Below, piece after piece: positions 35,494 through 44,700 of a DNA stretch of 64,000 bases (its first letter is position 1; each line of letters starts with the position of its first letter). The notes below the pieces were generated by a model. The model was given only the letters and a program-made list of their open reading frames with translations, did not search any database and had not been told where the DNA came from. The translations under genes and the position numbers were made by a program. This DNA comes from Elusimicrobiota bacterium (GTDB taxonomy: Bacteria > Elusimicrobiota > Elusimicrobia > UBA1565). The stretch lies in the NCBI GenBank assembly GCA_043819795.1, contig JBDREN010000049.1, forward strand, positions 2,379 through 66,378, written 5' to 3'.

Positions 35494-37022
35494 CAGAAGG
35501 CCTCCCCCAGGCTGAAGTGGACGCGCCAGTCCGAGCCGTCGGCGGGCTGCCGGCTGAGCTTGTAGCCCGCGTCCAGCCGCAGCGGGCCGACCGGCGTCCT
35601 CAGGCGCAGCCCGAAGCCCGTCCCGTAGCGCCACTGGCCCGGGACCGCGAGGTCCTCGTGCGCGGCTACTTGGCCGCCGTCCACGAACACCGCCCCCCAG
35701 AACCGCCATGCGAGGGGGAAGCGCAGCTCCGCGTTGGCGCCCGTCATCACGTTCCCGCCCAGGGGCGCGCCCAGGCTGTCCACGGGCCCCACGCCGCGCT
35801 CGCGGTAGCCGCGGACCGTGTTCGCGCCCCCCATGAAGAAGCGCTCGTAGACCGGGACCTCCGACGCGCGTCCGAACTGACGTACGACTCCGGCGCGAGC
35901 CGAGAAGGCGGCGGTGAGCCTCTTCCATGGCGTCCAGTAACGGGACGCTTCCAGGCTCGCCCGGTTGAGGTGGACGTCGCCGCCCAGCACGCCGCCGGAG
36001 CGCTCGATGCGTCCCTGCAGGAGAGCCCCCTTGGTCGGGAAGAAGGGATCGTCGGTCGTGTCCCGGTTGGCGAGCAGGGCGACGGAGCTGGCCAGGTCGT
36101 GACGCCGCGCGGACGCGGCGGTTTCCGGGTTCAGGTTGAAGAGCGCCGAGCGCTGGAGCTTGTACAGGAAGGTCCCCCGGAGCCGGTAAGGCAGCGCCCG
36201 GCCCAGGCTGCACTGCCCCCCGGCCCTTTCGATGTCGTAGCCGCGGCGGTCTTCCCTGCGCCAGGAGGCCTGAAGGCGGTTCTCGATATCGGTTCCGAGG
36301 AGGTGGCGGTTGACGAACTCGCCGCGGTACTCCAGCCAGATGCGGGAGTAGAGGGCGCCGAACTCGGTCCGGTAGGCGCGTCCCAGGAAGTTGCCGTGCG
36401 TGAGCCGGGCCGAGAAGCGCTCCTGCTCTTCGGACCCGTAACCGACGCCGGTGTTGACCGACTTCATCGGCTTCTCTTGAAGCCCGATGAGGACCTCCGC
36501 CGTTTTCGCCGCCGTCGTGGAGGCGCGGATGCTCAGGTCCTCGAAGAAGCCGAGGCCGTAGAGACGGCTCTGGGCCGTGAAGAGGAGCGGCCTCTCGTAC
36601 GGGTCGCCCGGGCGGTAGGGCAGTTCCCTGCGGACATGCTTCTCCTTGACGGCGCTGAGCCCTTCGATGCGTGTCTCCCCGAAGCGGTAGAGGGGGCCTT
36701 CCGTCGACCGGAGCGTCAGCTCGAACGCTCCCTCCCGCCGGACCACCCGGCTCTCCACCGAGGCCTCCAGGTATCCGCTGTTCTGCAGAAGAGAGAGGAG
36801 GCTCTCGGTCGCGAAGTCCACCTTGGCGGGTTCGTAGGGATCGCCCGCGTGGACCGCGACCGCCGCGTCCACTCTGGACCGCGGGAGCGAAGGCGCGCCT
36901 TCGATCAGGACCGACGAGAAGGTGGTGGTGGATGCGGGAGCGGCGTCGGCGCCGGCCCAGGAAGGACTCCGTGCCGAGAGAGCGCCGATGACGGCCGCGG
37001 CTAGGAAGAGAGAGCGCGTCAT
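35493..37022 (-). CDS. tamA: Omp85-family outer-membrane protein, TamA-like
   Basis: ATG 37022 gives the signal peptide MTRSLFLAAAVIGALSARSPSWA. POTRA-like repeats, an Omp85 barrel and the C-terminal WRVHFSLGEAF. Confidence 0.8.
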   Translation of the reverse strand: MTRSLFLAAAVIGALSARSPSWAGADAAPASTTTFSSVLIEGAPSLPRSRVDAAVAVHAGDPYEPAKVDFATESLLSLLQNSGYLEASVESRVVRREGAFELTLRSTEGPLYRFGETRIEGLSAVKEKHVRRELPYRPGDPYERPLLFTAQSRLYGLGFFEDLSIRASTTAAKTAEVLIGLQEKPMKSVNTGVGYGSEEQERFSARLTHGNFLGRAYRTEFGALYSRIWLEYRGEFVNRHLLGTDIENRLQASWRREDRRGYDIERAGGQCSLGRALPYRLRGTFLYKLQRSALFNLNPETAASARRHDLASSVALLANRDTTDDPFFPTKGALLQGRIERSGGVLGGDVHLNRASLEASRYWTPWKRLTAAFSARAGVVRQFGRASEVPVYERFFMGGANTVRGYRERGVGPVDSLGAPLGGNVMTGANAELRFPLAWRFWGAVFVDGGQVAAHEDLAVPGQWRYGTGFGLRLRTPVGPLRLDAGYKLSRQPADGSDWRVHFSLGEAF

Positions 37023-37075
37023 GAAGGGCAACCCTTTGGATCCTCCGCTCGGGCCGTGGGCCGAGATCGCGCGCT

Positions 37076-38254
37076 TCAGGACCTTTCGGCCCCGGCGCCG
37101 AATGCGTGCATCTTGTCCACGACCGCGGGGATCTCCTCCGCCGACACGTTTCCCAGGGCTAACCGGACGCAGCGCTCTTGTCCGGGACCGAAGAAGGTCC
37201 CCGGCAGCATGATGATGTTCTCTTTCCGGAGGAAGCCGCGGCAGATCTCGTCGGCCGAGGCGCACATGTCGGACTCCAGGTAGACGAAGAAGGCGCCGGC
37301 GGCGCGCAGGCGGAAGCGCGATGGCCGGCTCGCGAAAGCGTCTTGGAAGGCCTTCAGCCGGGCGCGCATCATCTCGATCTTCCCCTCGAGCCAGGCCCTG
37401 GAGGCGCGCAAGCCCCCGAGCGCCGCGGCCTGGCCTATGCTCGGGGCGCAGATGACGTTGGTGTCGTGGACCTTCATGAACTCGCGGAGGAACCGCGTGG
37501 AGGCCGCTACGAAGCCCACGCGCAAGCCCGTCAGGCTGAAGGTCTTGGAGTAGGAATGGACGGCGACCGCGTGCTCCTCGAAGCCCTCGATGTTCAGTAC
37601 CGAGGCGGGCCGAGGATAGGCGTCGTGGAAGTAGTTGTAGACCTCGTCGGAGATGAGGACGACCCCGCGCTCGCGGCACAGCGCGAAGAGGGCGTCGACC
37701 TCCTCCTGAGCGCTGGACCTCCCGGTGGGGTTGCAGGGATTGACCAGGACGACGGCCCGGGTTCTGGGGCCCAGGGCCCTCTCGATCTCAGCCAAGGGCA
37801 GGGGGAAGCCGGCCGCGGGGTCCCGCACGATCTCCACCGGCTTGAGGCCGCGGATGACCGCCGCCATGTAGTAGTTGAAATAGTAAGGCGCCAGGAATAC
37901 GATCTCGTCGCCCGCCTCGGCCAGGGTGTTCAGGACGGAGAAGAACGCGTTATTGGCTCCGGCCGTGAGGCAGATGCTCTCCGCCGCGGGGGGGCGGGCG
38001 TAGAGCCTTCCTAGCTCCTGGGCGATGGCCTCTCTGAGCTCTCGCGTGCCCTCGTCCGCGGTGTAGTGCGAGTAGTCGTCCGTGTTCAGGAACCTCTTGA
38101 GAGCGAGGCGGATCTCTTCGGGAGGGGGGTAGTCGGGTACGGCCTGGCTCAGGTCGTAGACCTTCTTGGCCGGGTCCGTCGTCTTCTCGGCCAGGTCCTT
38201 GAAGTCGCAGATGGGAGGATAGTATAGGTCTCGGATGGCTTTGGGCAGGTCCAT
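37076..38254 (-). CDS. Pyridoxal-phosphate-dependent aminotransferase (class I/II)
   Basis: ATG 38254 (MDLPKAIRDLYYP..). VLVNPCNPTG and SYSKTFSLTGLRVGF (PLP lysine). Confidence 0.85.
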   Translation of the reverse strand: MDLPKAIRDLYYPPICDFKDLAEKTTDPAKKVYDLSQAVPDYPPPEEIRLALKRFLNTDDYSHYTADEGTRELREAIAQELGRLYARPPAAESICLTAGANNAFFSVLNTLAEAGDEIVFLAPYYFNYYMAAVIRGLKPVEIVRDPAAGFPLPLAEIERALGPRTRAVVLVNPCNPTGRSSAQEEVDALFALCRERGVVLISDEVYNYFHDAYPRPASVLNIEGFEEHAVAVHSYSKTFSLTGLRVGFVAASTRFLREFMKVHDTNVICAPSIGQAAALGGLRASRAWLEGKIEMMRARLKAFQDAFASRPSRFRLRAAGAFFVYLESDMCASADEICRGFLRKENIIMLPGTFFGPGQERCVRLALGNVSAEEIPAVVDKMHAFGAGAERS

Positions 38255-38351
38255 AGCTGATGGCCAGTATATTAAAAAAACGCGGCCATAGCTCAGCTTC
38301 TCGTCGCACGGTTTTGTATTATGCTGGACCGACGCATCGCAGTCCGGAGGC

Positions 38352-39686
38352 GTGCCCATGACCGCAGCGATCAGCCGTTTTTTCGAGCTCGAGGAGCGGA
38401 ACACGAACGTCCGCACGGAGCTGGCCGCGGGGCTGACCACGTTCATGACCATGGCCTATATCATCTTCGTCCAGCCCCAGGTCTTGGGAGCGGCCGGGAT
38501 GGACAAGGGGGCGGTCCTGGTGGCCACGTGCCTCTCCAGCGCCTTGGCGTGCTTTCTGATGGGCATCCTGGCCAACTATCCCATCGCCCAGGCCCCGCTG
38601 ATGGGCGAGAACTTCTTCTTCGCCTACACGGTGATCCTGGGTATGGGGATACCCTGGGAGAAGGCCCTGGGGCTGGTATTCCTGTCGGGCGTGCTTTTCT
38701 TGGCCCTGACGCTGACCCAGGTGCGCGAGATGATCGTGAACTCCGTGCCGGAGGGGCTCAAGTACGGGATCGCGGTGGGGATAGGCTTCTTCGTCACGCT
38801 GATCGGCTTGAAAGAGGCCGGAGTGGTGGTGTTCACCGAGGCCGCCCCGAAGCTGGGGCCCGTCACGAGCCTTCCCGTGGCCCTCTCCTTGGCGGGCTTC
38901 ACGCTGATGGCCGTCTTGACGGCCCGGCGGGTGAAGGGCGCCGTGCTCATCGGGATCCTGGCCACTGGAGTCGCGGCCTGGGCCTGCGGCCTGGTCGTCT
39001 ACGAGGGGCTCGTCAGCGCGCCTCCCTCGCTGTCCCCGACGTTCCTGAAGTTCGATCTCGCGGGGCTGTGGCGCTGGGAGTACCTCTCCCTGATCATCGT
39101 ATTCCTCTACATGACCCTCTTCGATACCGTGGGCACCCTCCTCGGCGTGAGCATTCAGGCGGACCTCCTCAAGGACGGCAAGCTCCCCCGGGCCTCCCGG
39201 GCGCTCATGGCGGACGCCGTGGCCACCACCGTGGGCGCGTGTCTGGGGACCTCCACGGTCTCGAGCTACATCGAGAGCAGCACGGGGGTAAGGGTGGGAG
39301 GCAGGACGGGGCTCACCGCCGTGACGGTCGGAGGCTTGTTCCTGGCGGCGCTCTTCGCGTTCCCGCTGGTGCGCATGATCAGCGGGGGCGTTGAGATCGC
39401 GGGCGGCCACATGATCCATCCCATCACGGCCCCGGCGTTGATCCTCGTCGGAGCCTTCATGGTGGAGGGCCTGCGGCGCATCGACTGGAAGGACTTCACC
39501 GAGTCCATGCCCGCCTTCCTGACGATCGTATGCATCCCCTTCACGTTCAGCATCGCCGAGGGCATCGCGATCGGGTTCATCTCCTATCCGATCCTCAAGG
39601 CCGCCGCCGGCCGGCCGCGGGACGCCAGCCCCCTGGTCTGGGTCATGGCGACGTTGTTCGTGCTGCGCTACGTCTTTCTTGATTAG
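38352..39686 (+). CDS. NCS2 family purine (adenine/guanine/hypoxanthine) permease, AzgA/PurP-like
   Basis: RFFELEERNTNVRTELAAGLTTFMTMAYIIFVQPQVL, YIESSTGVRVGGRTGLTA, and about 12-13 TM segments. Confidence 0.85.
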   Translation: MPMTAAISRFFELEERNTNVRTELAAGLTTFMTMAYIIFVQPQVLGAAGMDKGAVLVATCLSSALACFLMGILANYPIAQAPLMGENFFFAYTVILGMGIPWEKALGLVFLSGVLFLALTLTQVREMIVNSVPEGLKYGIAVGIGFFVTLIGLKEAGVVVFTEAAPKLGPVTSLPVALSLAGFTLMAVLTARRVKGAVLIGILATGVAAWACGLVVYEGLVSAPPSLSPTFLKFDLAGLWRWEYLSLIIVFLYMTLFDTVGTLLGVSIQADLLKDGKLPRASRALMADAVATTVGACLGTSTVSSYIESSTGVRVGGRTGLTAVTVGGLFLAALFAFPLVRMISGGVEIAGGHMIHPITAPALILVGAFMVEGLRRIDWKDFTESMPAFLTIVCIPFTFSIAEGIAIGFISYPILKAAAGRPRDASPLVWVMATLFVLRYVFLD

Positions 39687-40126
39687 GCGGGGCGGATGTA
39701 CTTCGCGGGGACTTCGCCGGTGAGCCAGGTCCCGCTCGCGTTGAAGAATCGGTAGCGGTCCTTGAACATCCCCCCGGAGTCCACCCTCAGCACCGCCGGT
39801 GTGCCGCGCCTGCGTCCGACACTGCGGGCGGTCTTCGTATCCGGTGAGAGATGCACGTACTGCCTGCGCATGGGCTTGATGCCGTGCGCCAGGATCGAGG
39901 CCACGCTGGACTGCGCGGTTCCATGGAAGAGCGTCGAAGGAGGGCGCGCGGGCTCGTATTGGAGGTCCACCGGCGCCGAGTGGCCGTAGTTGGCCCTGAT
40001 ATGCCTGCCGTCCATCGACAGGGAGAGCCTAGGCTTATCCCCGTCGACGACCACTCCCTCGACGTCCCGCCCGGTGAGAGGGAAATCGTGGCGCTTACAG
40101 GCATCGAGCAAGGCCTTGAGTTCCAC
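39683..40126 (-). CDS. kptA: RNA 2'-phosphotransferase KptA/Tpt1
   Basis: LFHGT..GIKPMRRQYVHLS..A..VG.RRG. Homology continues upstream of the GTG at 40126 (SKYLSRHLRHHPERLGLRLAPGGWV, to about 40225), where no ATG/GTG/TTG exists. See findings. Confidence 0.8.
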   Translation of the reverse strand: MELKALLDACKRHDFPLTGRDVEGVVVDGDKPRLSLSMDGRHIRANYGHSAPVDLQYEPARPPSTLFHGTAQSSVASILAHGIKPMRRQYVHLSPDTKTARSVGRRRGTPAVLRVDSGGMFKDRYRFFNASGTWLTGEVPAKYIRPA

Positions 40127-40461
40127 CCAGCCGCCCGGAGCCAGACGGAGCCCCAGGCGCTCCGGGTGATGCCTCAGGTGCCTGCTCAGGTACTTGCTTA
40201 TCTTGACGAGGCGTGAGCTGCGCAGAGACTACCTCTTCTTGTGTCCGCAGTCCGACCGGCCGGCCTCGCCGTCGCATTCGTTGTCCGAGCCGTCGCAGGC
40301 TTCGGCGGACGGCGCCACGGGAAATTGTACATTGTCCGGAGCGCGGGGCTCAAGGCCGCCGGGAGGGGCCGCCGGGAGGGGCGCTCAAGGTGGCGGGTGG
40401 TTTGCGGGCCCGGCATTTTCTGGTATAGTTTCAAGTATACACCCCGTTTCTGGAGGCGGAT

Positions 40462-41577
40462 ATGGCTGACATCAGGCTGATAAGACTCGCGAAGATACTT
40501 GTCGAATATTCGCTTGGGATCAAGAAGGGCGATTATCTGGCGATCCAGGGCGCGGTCGTGGCGCAGCCCCTCATGAAAGAGGTGACGCGCCTTGCCGCGC
40601 GCAAGGGCGCCATGGTCGACGTCTACACCAATCTGCCCGAGATCAAGAGGGTCTTCCTGGAGAACGCCGGTCCCGACCAGCTGAAGCGGACGCCGCTTCT
40701 GATGAAGACGTTCCTCGGGGACTACGACAAGAACCTGACGCTCTTCGGCGAGACGAACACCCGGGAGCTCAACAGCCTCCCGCCCCAGAAGCTGAAGGCG
40801 TCCATGCAGGGGGTCAAGAAGATCCGCGAGAAGTTCTTCAAGCGGATGGGGGAGAACAAGGTCAGCTGGTGCGGCAGCATATTCCCCACCAACCCGCTCG
40901 CCCAGGAGGCGGGGATGGCGCTCGAGGAGTACGAGGATTTCGTCTATGGCGCGTGCTTCTGCGATAAGCCGGATCCCGTGGCCCTCTGGAAGAAGATGTC
41001 CCGGAAGCAGGAGAAGGTGGCGGCTTTCCTCAACAGGGCCAAAGAGATCCATATCATGGCCCCGGGCACCGATCTCAGGGCGAGCGTCAAAGGGCGCAGG
41101 TGGGTGAACTGCGACGGCAAAGTAAACCTGCCCGACGGAGAGGTCTTCACCGGCCCGGTCGAGACGAGCATCAACGGGCATATCCGGTTCTCTTTCCCGG
41201 GGATCTATATGTCCAAAGAGGTCGACGACATCTACCTGGAGTTCAAGGACGGCAAGGTGGTCAAGGCCCGGGCCGCGAAGGGAGAGGGACTGCTGCACCA
41301 GCTTCTGAAGACCGACGCGGGCGCGCCGTTCGTGGGCGAGCTGGCCGTCGGGACGAACCACGGGATCCAGACCTTCACGCGCAACATGCTCTTCGACGAA
41401 AAGATCGGGGGCACGGTCCACCTCGCCATCGGCGCCGGGTTCCCCGAGACCGGCTCGAAGAACAGGTCCTCGCTCCACTGGGACATGCTCTGCGACATGC
41501 GCAAGGGCGGGAGGCTCTCCGTCGACGGCAAGCTCGCCTACAAGAACGGCAAGTTCGTCGACAATCGTTTGAACTGA
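40462..41577 (+). CDS. Aminopeptidase, M29 family (aminopeptidase T/PepS-like)
   Basis: LAKILVEYSLGIKKGD.., GTDLRASVKGRRWVNCDGKVNLPDGEVFTGP, ELAVGTN, GGTVHLAIGAGF, HWDM. Confidence 0.85.
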   Translation: MADIRLIRLAKILVEYSLGIKKGDYLAIQGAVVAQPLMKEVTRLAARKGAMVDVYTNLPEIKRVFLENAGPDQLKRTPLLMKTFLGDYDKNLTLFGETNTRELNSLPPQKLKASMQGVKKIREKFFKRMGENKVSWCGSIFPTNPLAQEAGMALEEYEDFVYGACFCDKPDPVALWKKMSRKQEKVAAFLNRAKEIHIMAPGTDLRASVKGRRWVNCDGKVNLPDGEVFTGPVETSINGHIRFSFPGIYMSKEVDDIYLEFKDGKVVKARAAKGEGLLHQLLKTDAGAPFVGELAVGTNHGIQTFTRNMLFDEKIGGTVHLAIGAGFPETGSKNRSSLHWDMLCDMRKGGRLSVDGKLAYKNGKFVDNRLN

Positions 41578-41705
41578 GGCGCGGAGGAATACCGCCGTCC
41601 GCCGTCCGTTCGTCGGCGGGGCGCTCTGCTCGGCATCTCCACCTTCCGGAAATCCCGGCGGCGTTCTCGCGACTTTAATGCCAAAATAGAACGTCATCCG
41701 CACGG

Positions 41706-44700
41706 TTGGCGGCGGCGCTTGATGACAAGCGGGGACGTAACTTCTTACACTACATCAAGGACATGAGAGCGGGAAGAGCGGGCAGCGAAAAGGCCAGGCT
41801 CGCGGCCGCGGCCGAGTCGGGGCTGCTCGATACGCCGCCGGAGGAGCGTTTCGACCGCATCACGCGGATCGCCCGGCGGCATTTCGGGACCTCGGTGGCC
41901 TACATCTCCCTGGTGGACGCCGACCGCGAGTGGTTCAAGTCCCGGCAGGGACTGCGCCTGCGGTCCGTCCCGCGGGAAGTCTCGTTCGGCGCGCGGGTCG
42001 TCCGGAAGAGCGGGGTATTCTCTCTCGTGGACGCCCGCAAGGACCCGAAGTTCTCCGAGCATCCCCTGGTGGCCGGAGGGCCGCGCGTCCGGTTCGTGGC
42101 GGCATGCCCGCTTTCCACATCGGACGGAAGCCGGGTCGGCGCTCTGGCGATCGCGGACCGGAAGCCCAGACGGCTGGGGAAAGGGGATCTCGGCGCGCTG
42201 CGCGACCTGGCCCGGATCGCCGAGGCGGAGCTGCGCGCTTCCGGGGCTCATGATCCGGCCGCCGGGACGCTCCGGCGGGTCCGGGACCTGCAGGACTTCG
42301 TGGACAACGTGCCCGAGCTCATCCAAAGCGTCGCTCCCGACGGGAGTTTCCGGTACGTGAACCGGGCCTGGCGCCGGGCCCTGGGCTACGACGAGGATGA
42401 TGTCGCGCGGCTCAACCTCTTCGACATCATCGCCCCGGAGAGTTTCGCGCATTGCCAGGACGTCTTTAAAAGGGTGATGTCCGGGGAGTACGTCCAAGAC
42501 ATGGAGGCGGTGTTCCTCGCCAAGGGCGGGGGCAAGGTATTCCTTTCCGGGAGCGCGAACTGCCACATGGAAAGCGGCAAGCCCACGCACACCCGGGCCA
42601 TTTTCAGAGACGTCACGGAGCAGAAGCGCGCGGAGGCCGAGTTGCGGAAGCGGACGTATGAGCTCGGCGAACGGGTCAAGGAGCTGAACTGCCTCTACGG
42701 GATCTCGGCTCTGTCCGAGAGGGCGGATATCTCGTTGGAGGAGTTCCTCCAGGAGACCGCGGAGCTCATCCTCCGTTCGTGGCAGTATCCGGAGGTCACC
42801 TGCGCGCGCATCACTTTGGAGGGCCGGGAGTTCAGGACGAGGAACTTCCGCGAGAGTCCCTGGAAACAAACCGCGGACCTCCAGGCGCGCGGCGCGCGGT
42901 TCGGCTCCGTCGAGGTGTATTACCTCGAGAAACGGCCGCGGCGCTACGAAGGCCCCTTTCTCAAGGAGGAGCGGAGGCTGCTCAACGCTATCGCGGAGCG
43001 GTTGGGGAAGATCGCGCAGCGCCGGCGAGTGGAGGACGCTCTCAGGAAGGGCGAGGCCGGTTACAGGACGCTCGTGGACAACCTGCCGCAGAAGGTTTTC
43101 CTGAAGGACGAAAATTCCGTCTACCTGTCCTGCAATGAGAGGTACGCGCGCGACCTGAAGATCCGTCCCGAGGAGATCCTGGGAAGGACGGACTACGAGT
43201 TCTTCCCCCGGGAGCTCGCCGAGAAATACAGGACCGACGACAAGAGGATCATGGAGTCGGGCAGGATCGAGGATCTGGAGGAGGAGTACATAGAGGACGG
43301 CCGGCGGGCGATCATCCAGACCGTAAAGACGCCGATCAAGGACGACTCGGGCGTCGTCGTCGGGGTGCTGGGCATCTTCTGGGACATCACGGAGCGCAAG
43401 CGGGCGGAGCAGAAGCTGCGCCAGCTGTCGCTCGCCGTCGAGCACAGCCCGAACATCGTGATGATCACCGATCCCGAGGGCAAGATCGAATACGTCAATC
43501 CGGCGTTCTCCTCGGTGGCCGGATACGCGCCCGAGGACGTGCTCGGGCGGGGCGCGGGGGAGCTGGGCGAGCAGTCCGCCGAGGAGCAGGGGCGGATGTG
43601 GGCCGCCATCAGGTCCGGCACGGTATGGCGGGGAGAGTTCCCGAACAAGACCAAGTCCGGCGGGTCCTACTGGGAGCTGGCCTCGATCGCTCCGATCAAG
43701 GACGAGGACGGGAATATCACTCATTTCGTCAAGGTCGCGCAGGACATCACCGAGCGCAAGCGCATGGAGGCCGAGCTGGCCAAGGCCCGGGACCAGGCCC
43801 TGGCGGCGGCCAAGGCCAAGGCCCAGTTCCTGGCCAAGATGAGCCACGAGCTTCGCACGCCCCTCAACGCCATCATCGGCATGAGCGACCTGCTCTTGGA
43901 TACCCCGCTCAAGCACCAGCAGCGGGAATACGCGTCCACGGTCCACGATTCCGGCGAGGTGCTGCTGTCCTTGATCAACGACGTCCTGGACTTCTCCAAG
44001 CTCGAGGTCGGGAAGCTCCAGCTGGAAAGCGTCGAGTTCGACCTTCGCTTGCTCTTAGAGGAGGCGGCCCAGCTCTGCTCGTTCCAGGCCCACGCGAAGG
44101 GGCTGGAGGTGCTGCTCGCCATGCCCGACGACGTGCCGAGCGCCCTGCGCGGGGATTCGGGCCGGCTGCGCCAGATCCTGATGAATTTCCTGGGCAACGC
44201 CGTGAAGTTCACGGAGAAGGGCCAGGTGGTCCTGCTCGCGTCCAAGGAAGAGGAGGACGAGCGGCGCGCGATGCTGCGGCTGGCGGTGGCGGATACGGGC
44301 CTCGGGATCGAGCCCGAGACGCAGGCCCGCCTGTTCGAGGCCTTCACCCAGGCGGACGCCTCGACCACCAGGAGGTTCGGCGGGACGGGTCTCGGGCTGG
44401 CCATCTCGCGGCAGATCATCGAGCGGATGGGAGGAGAGTTCGGGGTCGAGAGTTCTCCGGGCATCGGCTCGACCTTCTGGTGCCGGGTTCCTTTCGAGAA
44501 GGCGCCGGGCGAGGGCTCCGCCGAGGCCGCGCGCAAGCCGGATTTCTCGGGCGCGCGGGTGCTCGTGGTCGACGACAACGCGGCCAACCGCGAGATCATG
44601 CGCGAGCGGCTCTCGGGCTGGGGGATGCGGCCGGATGTGGCCGCGGGAGCCCCCGAGGCGCTGGACAGGCTGCGGCGGGAGGCGGCGGGACCGGACCCGC

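Noticed and set aside
35494-36213. N-terminal 240 codons of the 1314-aa ORF 32269..36213 (a longer TamB).
   Set aside because: This part overlaps the tamA coding region in another frame and is Arg/Gly/Pro-rich. ATG 35493 yields a proper signal-anchor and a TGATG junction with tamA.
38282-38297. tRNA-like 5' sequence GCGGCCATAGCTCAGC in the aminotransferase/permease intergenic region.
   Set aside because: No D-loop GG..AGAGC continuation, no anticodon stem and no GGTTCGAATCC-type T-arm downstream, so it is not a tRNA.
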